The notes below the pieces were generated by a model. The model did not search any database. It had not been told where the DNA came from and was given only the letters and a program-made list of their open reading frames with translations. 64,000 nucleotides of DNA from Patescibacteria group bacterium (GTDB lineage: Bacteria; Patescibacteriota; Minisyncoccia; Phycocordibacterales; JAKAEA01): positions 910,922-974,921 of the forward strand of contig JAZKCY010000001.1 of assembly GCA_040387855.1 (NCBI GenBank), given 5' to 3'. Numbering within the stretch: the stretch's first letter is position 1; each line of letters opens with the position of its first letter. Positions 48,099 to 56,985 of the stretch are shown here, piece after piece. The position numbers were made by a program, and so were the translations under genes.

Positions 48099-48710
48099 AT
48101 GATAAAAAATATTGCCGTCTATTGTTCTTCAAGCGATGTACTTTCATCTCAGTATTTTACAGCTGCAAAAGAGACAGGCACAGCAATTGGCGCCAATATG
48201 TATTCTCTAGTATACGGAGGTGGTAATACTGGCCTTATGGGGAGTGTTGCTGAATATACACAAAAAGCTAATGGCACTGTTGTTGCTGTTATACCAAAAG
48301 CAATGGAAGTGCTTGGTCTCGCATACTCTACGGCAGAAGAGCTTATTGTTACCTCAGATATGTATGAGCGCAAAAAGATAATGTCGGACCGTGCAGATGC
48401 ATTTATCACACTTGCAGGAGGATTTGGAACACTCGAAGAAGTATTAGAAGTGATCACACAAAAACAATTACACCTTCATAGTAAGCCTATAGTATTTGTT
48501 AATACTAATAAATTTTATGACAAGCTCATAGAAATGTTTGAAGTACTATTTAAAGAAAAAACGGCAAAAGAATTATATAGAGATCTTTATTATGTTACTG
48601 CTACCGTCGAAGACGCATTTGAATATATAAAAAAATATACTCCTCCAGAGTTACCGACAAAATGGTTTAAAGATACTGGAGAAAATATTGCTGAGGCTTC
48701 CCCTATTTAA
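48099..48710 (+). CDS. LOG family protein (TIGR00730, nucleotide phosphoribohydrolase)
   Basis: Motifs LVYGGG..GLMG, M.ERK..M and GGFGTLEE. Leaderless start at 48099. Confidence 0.9.
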   Translation: MIKNIAVYCSSSDVLSSQYFTAAKETGTAIGANMYSLVYGGGNTGLMGSVAEYTQKANGTVVAVIPKAMEVLGLAYSTAEELIVTSDMYERKKIMSDRADAFITLAGGFGTLEEVLEVITQKQLHLHSKPIVFVNTNKFYDKLIEMFEVLFKEKTAKELYRDLYYVTATVEDAFEYIKKYTPPELPTKWFKDTGENIAEASPI

Positions 48711-49123
48711 TCAGAATACATAACTCCTCCCAAATAATTTTTTATTGATTTTCTACTCGGTATAAATATATTTTCTGGTAAATCATTTCGATCGTACCAT
48801 TTCCAATTTTTAGATTTTTCTGGTTCTGCATCATACGGCTCGCCGGTCTTTGATTCCACAAGCATAGTAATAGAAACATAATGCTTATCATAGGCAATAT
48901 CATTACTAATCGAAACTATGCCTTTCATAATGAGATCTATAAGCCCTGTCTCCTCTTTTGCTTCACGTAATGCAGCTTGTTCAAATGATTCCCCAAATTC
49001 CAAATGACCACCTGCAATCATAAAGGTACCAGAGCCATGATTCCCCACTCGTTCACCAATAAGAATCTTTCCATCACGGACAATGATTACTCCTATTCCC
49101 ACTTTTGGTCTTTCTTCTTGCAT
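48707..49123 (-). CDS. NUDIX hydrolase (NUDT15/MutT-like)
   Basis: Motifs RPKVG.GV, GGHLEFGE....AALREAKEETG and EPEK...W.W. Confidence 0.9.
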   Translation of the reverse strand: MQEERPKVGIGVIIVRDGKILIGERVGNHGSGTFMIAGGHLEFGESFEQAALREAKEETGLIDLIMKGIVSISNDIAYDKHYVSITMLVESKTGEPYDAEPEKSKNWKWYDRNDLPENIFIPSRKSIKNYLGGVMYSD

Positions 49124-49127
49124 ATTT

Positions 49128-49376
49128 TTACGCAGCTGTCTGATTTTCTCCAGGATTTTGTAGCGCTTTAATTCTATTTTTAACCATTCTTTCCATTGTT
49201 GTATCAGGCATTACATACAAAAGCACAGTATTCAATTGATCTACTGTTGTAGCAGCTCGTTCCATTCTAGATAATAAAGCTCTCTTCTCTTCTGAATTAT
49301 GGGACTTATAAAAAAGGTCGTTTACTATATCAAATTCAGATCCTTCATTTTCTTGTAAAAATATTCTTTCGTTCAT
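49128..49376 (-). CDS. Hypothetical protein
   Basis: 82-aa ORF within an operon-like run. Confidence 0.6.
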   Translation of the reverse strand: MNERIFLQENEGSEFDIVNDLFYKSHNSEEKRALLSRMERAATTVDQLNTVLLYVMPDTTMERMVKNRIKALQNPGENQTAA

Positions 49377-49386
49377 ATGGATTACA

Positions 49387-49959
49387 TTAGCTTTGAACTT
49401 CTTTAAGTAATTTTTTAATGATATGTAATGGCATTCCCATCATACTATCAATACTGCCTATTTGTTCTTTTATATATGGTTTTAAAATTGGAAGCTGCAC
49501 ACTAAAGCCTCCCGCTTTACTAAATGGGTCCCCTGTTGCGATAAACTCATCTACAACATGAAGGGGTATCGGACTAAACAAAATCTTAGTTATCTCACGT
49601 TCCTCTACTTTTTTTCCTGTATGAGTATTTACTACAACTATTCCGCATGAAATTTCTGCGGGGTATCCTTCTCCATATTTTTTAAGCCATGCATGTACTT
49701 GCTCAGGTGATTCAGGCTTTTCATATAATTCACCATCGCAGATAACCACTACATCCCCTGTTATAACAAGTGCTGGTTCTGTAACGTTAGGAATAATAGC
49801 TTCCGACTTAGCTCGAGCTAATATTAGGGGTAATTCATAATAATCAGTAGATCGAATTGCCATCTCATCTACATCAGGACTCATAACATCAAATGTATAT
49901 CCCGCACTCTCAAGTACAGCTTTCCGGTATTTTGATGATGATCCTAAAATGATTTTCAT
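49387..49959 (-). CDS. maf: Maf family nucleotide pyrophosphatase
   Basis: Motifs IILGSSS..R, DE, LA..K, ITGD.V, KP, KAGGF and MGMPL. Confidence 0.88.
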   Translation of the reverse strand: MKIILGSSSKYRKAVLESAGYTFDVMSPDVDEMAIRSTDYYELPLILARAKSEAIIPNVTEPALVITGDVVVICDGELYEKPESPEQVHAWLKKYGEGYPAEISCGIVVVNTHTGKKVEEREITKILFSPIPLHVVDEFIATGDPFSKAGGFSVQLPILKPYIKEQIGSIDSMMGMPLHIIKKLLKEVQS

Positions 49960-50390
49960 AGAGTTATTTCGTGAGTAACATCTGGCTGGACACTCATATC
50001 AAGAATTCTAATCCATGTAGGCTTTACAAGAAAATACCGTTGATCTTCTCGTTTCATGAATTTCTCTGACCGAGGATTCTTTGCAATCATTATCTGTGCA
50101 TAAGCATCTTTCTGTTCTAGTGGGACTTCCTGAGCTATTCCTTCATATTGCACAGTACCAATAGTGGGATCCCAACCAATAACAAATGAAACATGAGGAT
50201 TCTTTTGAAGATTTTGATATTTTCTACTGAGATTTGAAGTACCAAAAATTAACTCTAAATTTTCTCGCTCAGCAAAAGCAATACAAGCACTTTCTGGTTT
50301 GTTATTAGCTTGATCTACCGTAGCAATAACAGTTAGCTTTTGCTTAGAAATGAAATCGGAGATTTTACTTTTTATTTCTACATCATTCAT
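49956..50390 (-). CDS. Pyridoxamine 5'-phosphate oxidase-like FMN-binding protein
   Basis: Motifs IATV, SRKY.NL..NP.VS and VQYEG.A. Confidence 0.8.
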   Translation of the reverse strand: MNDVEIKSKISDFISKQKLTVIATVDQANNKPESACIAFAERENLELIFGTSNLSRKYQNLQKNPHVSFVIGWDPTIGTVQYEGIAQEVPLEQKDAYAQIMIAKNPRSEKFMKREDQRYFLVKPTWIRILDMSVQPDVTHEITL

Positions 50391-50440
50391 ATTGCTATAA
50401 CACTAGCACATTAGATTTTCAAGGCAAATTGCCAACCAAA

Positions 50441-50472
50441 CAAAAACCCCAAACCATAGCGGCTGGGGTTTT
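50441..50472 (-). terminator. Terminator
   Basis: CAAAAACCCCA...TGGGGTTTTG hairpin. Confidence 0.6.
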
Positions 50473-50493
50473 GTCATTCAAATTACTTTGAAT

Positions 50494-51666
50494 TTAGATA
50501 GTTGCAGGTGTTGTTGTTGCTGATCCATTAGCAACTGAACTTACACACTGTCCCTGATTCTTGAATGTAGGATTTGTGAATGTCTTCCATCCATCATTCT
50601 TACACTGATCCTTATTTGTAGGACCTGTTGGTGCTGGTGGCGTTACTGTATTGTTTACGGTAAAGCTCCATGCATCAGACCACGCACTTGAGTTTGGAAC
50701 TGTTGCACTATCTACTGCACGTACATGCCAGTAGTATGTTCCCTCTGGTGTTCCTGGTGTCGCAATTTCAGAAGCTGCGAGTGGACCTGATACATATACC
50801 GGTGCGGTAAATGATCCATCAGGATTTGTGGTACTTGCATATGATGATTCATAGAAGTATGTAACTGGTGATGATGAAGCATCGGTTACATCTGTCCAAT
50901 CTACTTTAAGCAATGATGCTGTTGTAGTTGTTGCACCGTTGAGTGGTGAAACATGCATTGGAACTGCTGGTGCAGTTGTGTCTACATCTTCAATCACTAC
51001 ATTAACTTCAAAGTTGTAGGTAGTATCGTTGAATACAACTCCGTCTGTATACACATTGTATCCAGGATTGTATGTACCAACATTTACTCCGAACCCAAGT
51101 ACTACAGCATCAGGACAAGCTGTCTTCAAAGCTTCTAGAGTGTAGAAAGGTGGACCTCCTGCTCCATTTGTTGTTGAACATGTTCCTTCAGTAAATGTTT
51201 TACTTGACCAGAATTGTCCAGCATCAACATCCCACTGCTGCCATGTTCCTGGCACTACGGTTCCGTTCCAATATGGTTCGTAGACCAAGTTTGCAAATCC
51301 ACCTTCAGCTGCACCGTTAAGATCTACTGCAAGTTGATATGAAGGTGCTGCCACTGCTGGGCCTGCAACCTGCTTTGTGTAGTAGCTAAGATCAGTTACT
51401 GATGCGAGAGTTCCAGTTGCCGCGTGAAGATACTGTGCTTTTGCAGCATTTGTATCATCAGTAGTTAACTGAAGTGCTCCATCCGGAAATGGAGATGTTG
51501 GATCAACAACAAAGTTTACTGTCCCTCCTGGACGAGTATCTGCTGTTGCCCAACCTTGTGTGTTAGATGGAGTAACAACAGTTGTCATTGCGGCTTGAGA
51601 CACTGAAGCAAATGCAACAGCAACCAATAACGTCGCTACACCACCTAAGGCTAATTTTTTTACCAT
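50494..51666 (-). CDS. Secreted protein with an FN3-like domain and a C-terminal Cys motif
   Basis: Signal peptide; LVYEPY.NG; YYWHVRAVD...S.WS; C-terminal PTNKDQCKNDGW...FKNQGQCVS. Confidence 0.75.
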   Translation of the reverse strand: MVKKLALGGVATLLVAVAFASVSQAAMTTVVTPSNTQGWATADTRPGGTVNFVVDPTSPFPDGALQLTTDDTNAAKAQYLHAATGTLASVTDLSYYTKQVAGPAVAAPSYQLAVDLNGAAEGGFANLVYEPYWNGTVVPGTWQQWDVDAGQFWSSKTFTEGTCSTTNGAGGPPFYTLEALKTACPDAVVLGFGVNVGTYNPGYNVYTDGVVFNDTTYNFEVNVVIEDVDTTAPAVPMHVSPLNGATTTTASLLKVDWTDVTDASSSPVTYFYESSYASTTNPDGSFTAPVYVSGPLAASEIATPGTPEGTYYWHVRAVDSATVPNSSAWSDAWSFTVNNTVTPPAPTGPTNKDQCKNDGWKTFTNPTFKNQGQCVSSVANGSATTTPATI

Positions 51667-51816
51667 TATGTGTAATAAGACTTATGAATAAAACTGCACT
51701 GCCTCAATATGACAATGCATATATAGTATAACGCTTTGCATCAATAATTCTTATATGAAAAAGTATTAAAGGATATATAAAAAGTATAAGCAAACGCTAT
51801 ACTAAGATTTGGAATA

Positions 51817-51851
51817 TAAAAACTCTGTACATGTTGTGTACAGAGTTTTTA
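51817..51851. terminator. Hairpin terminator
   Basis: TAAAAACTCTGTACA-TGTTG-TGTACAGAGTTTTTA. Confidence 0.75.
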
Positions 51852-51869
51852 AAAACCAAATAGTTCCTA

Positions 51870-52715
51870 TTACTGTGAGCGAGTCATAAATGACTGCTGA
51901 CTTGTAGATGTTGAAACATTTGAACTATTTGTTGCTGAGATAGTGTAGTAGTATGTTGTTGAAGCAGTAAGGTTTGGAATTACAACACTGTGATTCATAC
52001 CATTTAAAGTTGTACTCATGATAGAGCTACTTGATGCTGTTACGGGAGAAGTAGTTGAATACCATACTTTTCCTGTAGTGCTTACATTTGTATTCCATGT
52101 AATTAATGCTGTTGTTGTGGCGGTACTTGTTGCAACAACATTTGAAATTATTGGAGCGACTATTGCAGGAGGAGTTGTTGTTCCAGTAGTAGTACCTGTT
52201 CCCATCCCCAACTTTGCAGCAATTCCTGGTGGAAGCTTTTGGCACGTTGGTGCAACTGGGAGCTGACCTAATTTCTTAAGCTGACCAGGAGCAATCAAAT
52301 GTCCTGGTGGAATTTTTGCACATGCTACAGTCAATCCATTCTGTGTTTGAAGTGTTATATCAAGTGAACCTAAATTATTCTTTAAAGCTGCAAGGGTTGC
52401 AGGACCCACTCGGCCTACAGCAGGCAATCCCATTTTCTTTTGTAACTTTGCTACTGCCTTTGTGGTAAGTGGACCATAGTATCCAGTAATTTGTCCTCCT
52501 GGATAAATGTCAGGCTGAGTTGCGAGATATGCCTGAAGCATTTTCACATCTTCACCAGTCATTCCCTGCTGAAGCTGTCGCAAGTTTTGAAGCTGAGTTA
52601 TATATGCGTTTACAGCTGGGGATGTTGTTGCGGTAGTTGTACTTGTTTGAGCGAATGCAGGAGTTGCAGCCAATGCGCAGGCAACAATGAGCATGCTAAT
52701 ACCAATTTTCTTCAT
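51870..52715 (-). CDS. Secreted peptidoglycan-binding domain protein with an FN3-like C-terminus
   Basis: L..G..GEDV..LQ..L, TGYYGPLT..AV..LQ, G.VGP.T; PPG repeats; H.V.I.NL...T.YYY. Confidence 0.8.
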   Translation of the reverse strand: MKKIGISMLIVACALAATPAFAQTSTTTATTSPAVNAYITQLQNLRQLQQGMTGEDVKMLQAYLATQPDIYPGGQITGYYGPLTTKAVAKLQKKMGLPAVGRVGPATLAALKNNLGSLDITLQTQNGLTVACAKIPPGHLIAPGQLKKLGQLPVAPTCQKLPPGIAAKLGMGTGTTTGTTTPPAIVAPIISNVVATSTATTTALITWNTNVSTTGKVWYSTTSPVTASSSSIMSTTLNGMNHSVVIPNLTASTTYYYTISATNSSNVSTSTSQQSFMTRSQ

Positions 52716-52829
52716 AACAAAAATTATTAACTAATACAGATATATATACGTACAGAAAGTCAGAACATTTCATGTACATACTTAGTATATCATTGTCTAT
52801 TTTTATCCAATAAAAAAACCCCGAAGGGG

Positions 52830-53132
52830 CTATTCGTACACATACATTTTCTGGCGTGGAATATGGGCACAGGTTCCAGTCACCGTAGGCTTCCCTTCGC
52901 AGCGAGGGCAATACGGCAACGCAACAGAGTACACATTTCCTGGCCCTTTGCATTCGTCGGAACTCCGGTCGTGCAGTGAAATTGCGCAGCTATCAAACGC
53001 AATTTCAGCACCACAGGTAGAACAGACAAATTTGCCATCAACACCAGTAGGTCTGTAACGACTTTCTACGTGAGCTGCGATGATCCTTTCAACTTCTTCA
53101 ACCGAACGTTGACGAGGTGGAGGAGCATTCAT
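52830..53132 (-). CDS. GC-elevated small zinc-ribbon-like protein
   Basis: CSTC...H...C...CPRC. ATG 53132 with SD AAAGGGG, a TTGACT-16-TAATCT promoter (53156-53183) and terminator CCCC-TTCG-GGG-T7 (52811-52829). Confidence 0.6.
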   Translation of the reverse strand: MNAPPPRQRSVEEVERIIAAHVESRYRPTGVDGKFVCSTCGAEIAFDSCAISLHDRSSDECKGPGNVYSVALPYCPRCEGKPTVTGTCAHIPRQKMYVYE

Positions 53133-53186
53133 GGATAAAACCCCTTTCCAAATGCAGATTACCGCACCCACAAACAAAGTCAATTA

Positions 53187-53831
53187 TTATAGTGTATGTT
53201 TTTTCAAACTATTCATTAATTCTTTAATAGATTGGTCAGTAATATCTTCTGGCTTAATTTTTGAATCAGCAAAAAGTGCTTTCTCAATATTTCTAAGGGA
53301 CTGCGCAAGTGATTCATGTTCGCCGGTATTTACAGTATGCAATCTTCCCTCATATCTTTTTCTCGCATCAGCCAAACGTTGTTCGATTGAAAGCACACCG
53401 TGAGGTCCCACTCGCATATCTGCATAGCTGCAAATTTTAAATTCTGGATGCTCATCTTTTTCATTTATAGTAAGTTTTGAAAAACCAATTCGGTTCAGAT
53501 ATTCAAAAGCATTATCTGGCACTCCCAATTCTTTAGCAATAATTATAGTTGCCTCATGTTCTTTTGGCCCATACTTTAAAATGTATTCATCTTTGACCCC
53601 TTGCCAGTATTCTATTCCCTCAGGTTCGAGAAATTCTGGAAACCGTGGGAGGTCAGATTTAATAATATTCCCCATGTCATGGAAGAGACATGCGAGAACT
53701 ACGTTATCTGAATCAACATTATATGGAAGACTTTCACATACGATTTTTGCTACAGACGCAACGCGCAATTGGTGCAGTTGAAGCCCGGGCATGATTTTAT
53801 AGTCTTTATAAATTTGTTCGATTGTTTGCAT
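53187..53831 (-). CDS. HD-domain phosphohydrolase
   Basis: Motifs H.LRVA, LFHDMG, H, YAD.R and R..D...RY. Confidence 0.8.
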   Translation of the reverse strand: MQTIEQIYKDYKIMPGLQLHQLRVASVAKIVCESLPYNVDSDNVVLACLFHDMGNIIKSDLPRFPEFLEPEGIEYWQGVKDEYILKYGPKEHEATIIIAKELGVPDNAFEYLNRIGFSKLTINEKDEHPEFKICSYADMRVGPHGVLSIEQRLADARKRYEGRLHTVNTGEHESLAQSLRNIEKALFADSKIKPEDITDQSIKELMNSLKKHTL

Positions 53832-53836
53832 GATAG

Positions 53837-54487
53837 CTATCGTGATTTTTTAATACTCTCATATGCATCTTCCCATGTTGGGCAGCATACAACATTAATA
53901 TCTGTGCGATTACATGAGTTTAAATTATAAAGATAGATAGTACCTTTATAGTCTGGAGTCATATCACGCTCAAGCTTTTGATTATCATCTATTATTCCTT
54001 GCACCTGAGGATACAAATAATGAAGCACTCCTGCTTTCCACTTGTTTGCATCTCTTATATGGAATTCTGGAGGGCGCAGTATGACAGGAGCTTCTGGGAA
54101 GTTGTGTTTAGTGAGCCAGCGCTTTGTCGATTCTCGAACCGATTCTGGACGAGCTGTAATATATGCAACTATAGGAACAATAGTATTAATCCTCTGAACA
54201 ACTGAGTGTGCATTTTCTATTATCGGTAATGATTCGTTAATTTCATCAGACCCCATTGTTCTGTTCATCCAATCAAGATGTTCTTGTTCCAACCAATATG
54301 GAACATCATTCGGATATCTATATTTCTGTACCATTTCTTCAGCAGTAAGTCCTTCTCTACTTCCAAAGCTTTTATGCATATCTGCAATCCAGATCTTTGA
54401 GGTATGAGAGAGCGTCTCGTCTATATCCAAAGCAAGGCCAGTAATCCCAAGTGCTCCCAGTGATGCTTTTAACTCTTCAGGTTTCAT
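53837..54487 (-). CDS. HAD-superfamily 5'(3')-nucleotidase-like protein
   Basis: Motifs LDIDETL, YITARP, T..WL..H.FP and IIDD. Confidence 0.78.
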   Translation of the reverse strand: MKPEELKASLGALGITGLALDIDETLSHTSKIWIADMHKSFGSREGLTAEEMVQKYRYPNDVPYWLEQEHLDWMNRTMGSDEINESLPIIENAHSVVQRINTIVPIVAYITARPESVRESTKRWLTKHNFPEAPVILRPPEFHIRDANKWKAGVLHYLYPQVQGIIDDNQKLERDMTPDYKGTIYLYNLNSCNRTDINVVCCPTWEDAYESIKKSR

Positions 54488-54490
54488 ATT

Positions 54491-55021
54491 TTATTTTTTA
54501 AACTTTGCTCTATATTCGTTTCTGCTCATAAAACTTTCTGTATCTGTTATTCGATCGAGAAATACTTTACCCTCAATATGATCTTGTTCATGCTGAATCA
54601 CTCGAGCTAGTAATCCCTGTGCAGTAAATTCAAATGGCTCGCCCTTCTCATTGTAAGCTTTAATAACAATAGATTCAGATCGGGGCACTTTGCCAAACAA
54701 TTCTGAGCTTGCAACACTTCCACAACCTTCATATCCTAGTGCTACTTTTTTAGAATAATATGTAATCTCAGGATTAATGAATACTCTGATAGGATCCAAA
54801 TCTTTTGGCTTACGATTTTTTGTTTGTCGAATTTCGGTAACAAAAACTCGTAAGCTTTTACCAATTTGAGGAGCAGCCATTCCCACCAATGCATGATAGT
54901 GCATTGAATCAACGAGGTCTTTAATAATCTTCTTAGTTTCCTTTGAGGTTATATTTTTAACTGACTTAGCCTTTGAGCGAATAATCGGATTTCCAACTTG
55001 TGTAGCATGTTTAACAATCAT
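54491..55021 (-). CDS. def: Peptide deformylase
   Basis: Motifs GMAAPQIG, INPEI, EGCGS (variant of EGCLS) and ARVIQHEQDH. Confidence 0.9.
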   Translation of the reverse strand: MIVKHATQVGNPIIRSKAKSVKNITSKETKKIIKDLVDSMHYHALVGMAAPQIGKSLRVFVTEIRQTKNRKPKDLDPIRVFINPEITYYSKKVALGYEGCGSVASSELFGKVPRSESIVIKAYNEKGEPFEFTAQGLLARVIQHEQDHIEGKVFLDRITDTESFMSRNEYRAKFKK

Positions 55022-55116
55022 ATTTGAACAGTAACAAAATGAATGGCATCTATCAAACAAATACAATAAAAGCTCTATGTTTTTCATAAAGCTTTCATTG
55101 ATTCTCTCCCCTACAC

Positions 55117-55386
55117 TTATGAGATCGGCATTATTTGCACTACATTAAACTTAACTCTATTGCCTATTTCCTCTTGCTTTGTTTGGTGTGATACATGAAT
55201 AAGACTATCTCTATTTTCCAGTACAACATTAAACTCCACACAGCCCTTCCCTTTATCTTCAAAAAATGTCGAGTTCTTGAGTGCGAAAGATGGTTTAGAG
55301 GTATCTCCTTTCATTTCACTATTTGCTTCTTTTACTCCACTAGCAATCCCAACTAAAACACTTTTCACAAAATCATTTAATACCAT
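55117..55386 (-). CDS. Hypothetical protein (trypsin-co-occurring-domain-like)
   Basis: Pattern L.DFV..VL..I..GV..A...VEF.V...RVKF.V. Confidence 0.5.
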   Translation of the reverse strand: MVLNDFVKSVLVGIASGVKEANSEMKGDTSKPSFALKNSTFFEDKGKGCVEFNVVLENRDSLIHVSHQTKQEEIGNRVKFNVVQIMPIS

Positions 55387-55500
55387 ATACCTTTATTGTT
55401 ATTGAGTAATAAATTAATGGTAGTAAGAATGGGAAAGACTCACAACGCAAAAGCTGTTACTAAACTCACATAAATAGAGGTACAACGTGGGGAAAACCTG

Positions 55501-56007
55501 TTACTTATCTTCTAAGTATATAAACTTCATTTCCTTGCCTGCTTTTTGTTCTATCTTTGAACTAATTTCAACAAACCCCAATTTCTTCCAAAATTCTAAT
55601 GCCTGAGTATTATTTTCAAATACTGATATCTGAATAGACTCAAAATCCCCACGGCTTTTTAATTCTGCTTTAAGGCCTGTATATATTTTTCTTCCCAAAC
55701 CTTTATTTCTATATTCTGGGTCAAGTAGTAATAATCCGATAAACCAAATATTTGCTTTTGGATAATCTTTAATCACATCAATAACACCTATAAACGCTTC
55801 CCCCTCGCGAATAGCTAAAACATATTTATCTTCCATTTGTTTGCCATCAGGCAATGAAAGCAACATATCTCCAGCATCACTTTCCCTTAGCGGCCGTCCT
55901 TCGACAAGTTCGATATAGTCTTTTGATTTCTCTGCGAGATTTTGAAGACTCCCGATGTCTTGTAATAAAATTGGATCTATTGAAATAGTATCGATAGTGA
56001 ATTTCAT
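55501..56007 (-). CDS. GNAT acetyltransferase
   Basis: Motifs IGLLLL.P.YR.KGLG and N..A..FW.KLGF. Confidence 0.88.
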   Translation of the reverse strand: MKFTIDTISIDPILLQDIGSLQNLAEKSKDYIELVEGRPLRESDAGDMLLSLPDGKQMEDKYVLAIREGEAFIGVIDVIKDYPKANIWFIGLLLLDPEYRNKGLGRKIYTGLKAELKSRGDFESIQISVFENNTQALEFWKKLGFVEISSKIEQKAGKEMKFIYLEDK

Positions 56008-56012
56008 ATTAT

Positions 56013-56282
56013 TTATCTTAGATTTTTAATCCACCACTTCTTTATGTATGGCAAAGATAATGTAGAAAGTATATAACCAATAGTTGGTATAAGCGCATTT
56101 AGAAATACATTCCCGGCTCCAATCACATACATTACAGCAGCAGCCACAAAATACGTAACCACAGCAATACTCATTCTTCGCACAAAGCTTGTTTCCCAGG
56201 CTTTATCAGCATCCACCCGTAAGTTTCGCATCTGTAAAATCTGGATTTCTTTCTGAAGTTTGTGGAAGTATTTTTCTTTCAT
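56013..56282 (-). CDS. Small 2-TM hypothetical protein
   Basis: RN.RV..DKAWETS..RR...NA.IP..G..LSTLSL...K..W. Confidence 0.75.
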   Translation of the reverse strand: MKEKYFHKLQKEIQILQMRNLRVDADKAWETSFVRRMSIAVVTYFVAAAVMYVIGAGNVFLNALIPTIGYILSTLSLPYIKKWWIKNLR

Positions 56283-56300
56283 ACGGTAACACTACCACAA

Positions 56301-56331
56301 TAAAAAATGCCGGACTAGCCGGCATTTTTTA
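56301..56331. terminator. Terminator
   Basis: TAAAAAATGCCGG-ACTAG-CCGGCATTTTTTA. Confidence 0.8.
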
Positions 56332-56350
56332 TGTTGAAATATGCTCTGTT

Positions 56351-56947
56351 TTATACCATTCGCTTGAAGTATCTAAACCCAACGACAATAAGAACAATCG
56401 GTACAAGATAGGCAAACGAAACTCCCCAGAGAAGTTGTGGGTCAAAGAATGAAATCCCTGACTCCATATATTGAGCTCCTATATATACAATCGATCCGAT
56501 TTGAGAAATTGTATAAAGATACAATCCCACTCGTTTCATAAACCAAATTCCCACAACTCCAATAAATGCTGCAAGCATCATTATCGTTACTACATTTAGT
56601 GTAAGATACTGAGCAAAAGAAACTCCTCCCATTCCTGAATACATTACATATAAAATCACTTGCTGAAGTATGAGTAACAACCAGGTAATAAAATAGTATC
56701 CACAAATAGCTGTAATAAGTGTCGGTCGATCTGCAGTAAAAAACTTTCTTATTGCTGTTACTGGCATACCATATGCATCGGTTCTTTTTGACACCTCTGG
56801 TTCTTTATTTGTTTCAACAGCTGTATATGCTTCTGATATGAGTTCTTGATTTGATCCCCCTTTTGAAAGGGTTTCAAAAATCTCTTCCTTCGATTTACCC
56901 TGTGCCTTTGCGTTCTTGATAAAATTGTAGAGTCCTAGGTCAACCAT
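56351..56947 (-). CDS. Hypothetical membrane protein
   Basis: Soluble N-terminal domain plus four TM helices. Confidence 0.7.
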   Translation of the reverse strand: MVDLGLYNFIKNAKAQGKSKEEIFETLSKGGSNQELISEAYTAVETNKEPEVSKRTDAYGMPVTAIRKFFTADRPTLITAICGYYFITWLLLILQQVILYVMYSGMGGVSFAQYLTLNVVTIMMLAAFIGVVGIWFMKRVGLYLYTISQIGSIVYIGAQYMESGISFFDPQLLWGVSFAYLVPIVLIVVGFRYFKRMV

Positions 56948-56985
56948 AAAGTTTTGTTATTTTGTAATTGTAGAGTCATTATACA

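Noticed and set aside
55437-55461. AGTAAC-N15-AGTC upstream of 55386 as a tenth ECF site
   Set aside because: Both the spacer and the -10 element deviate from the consensus.
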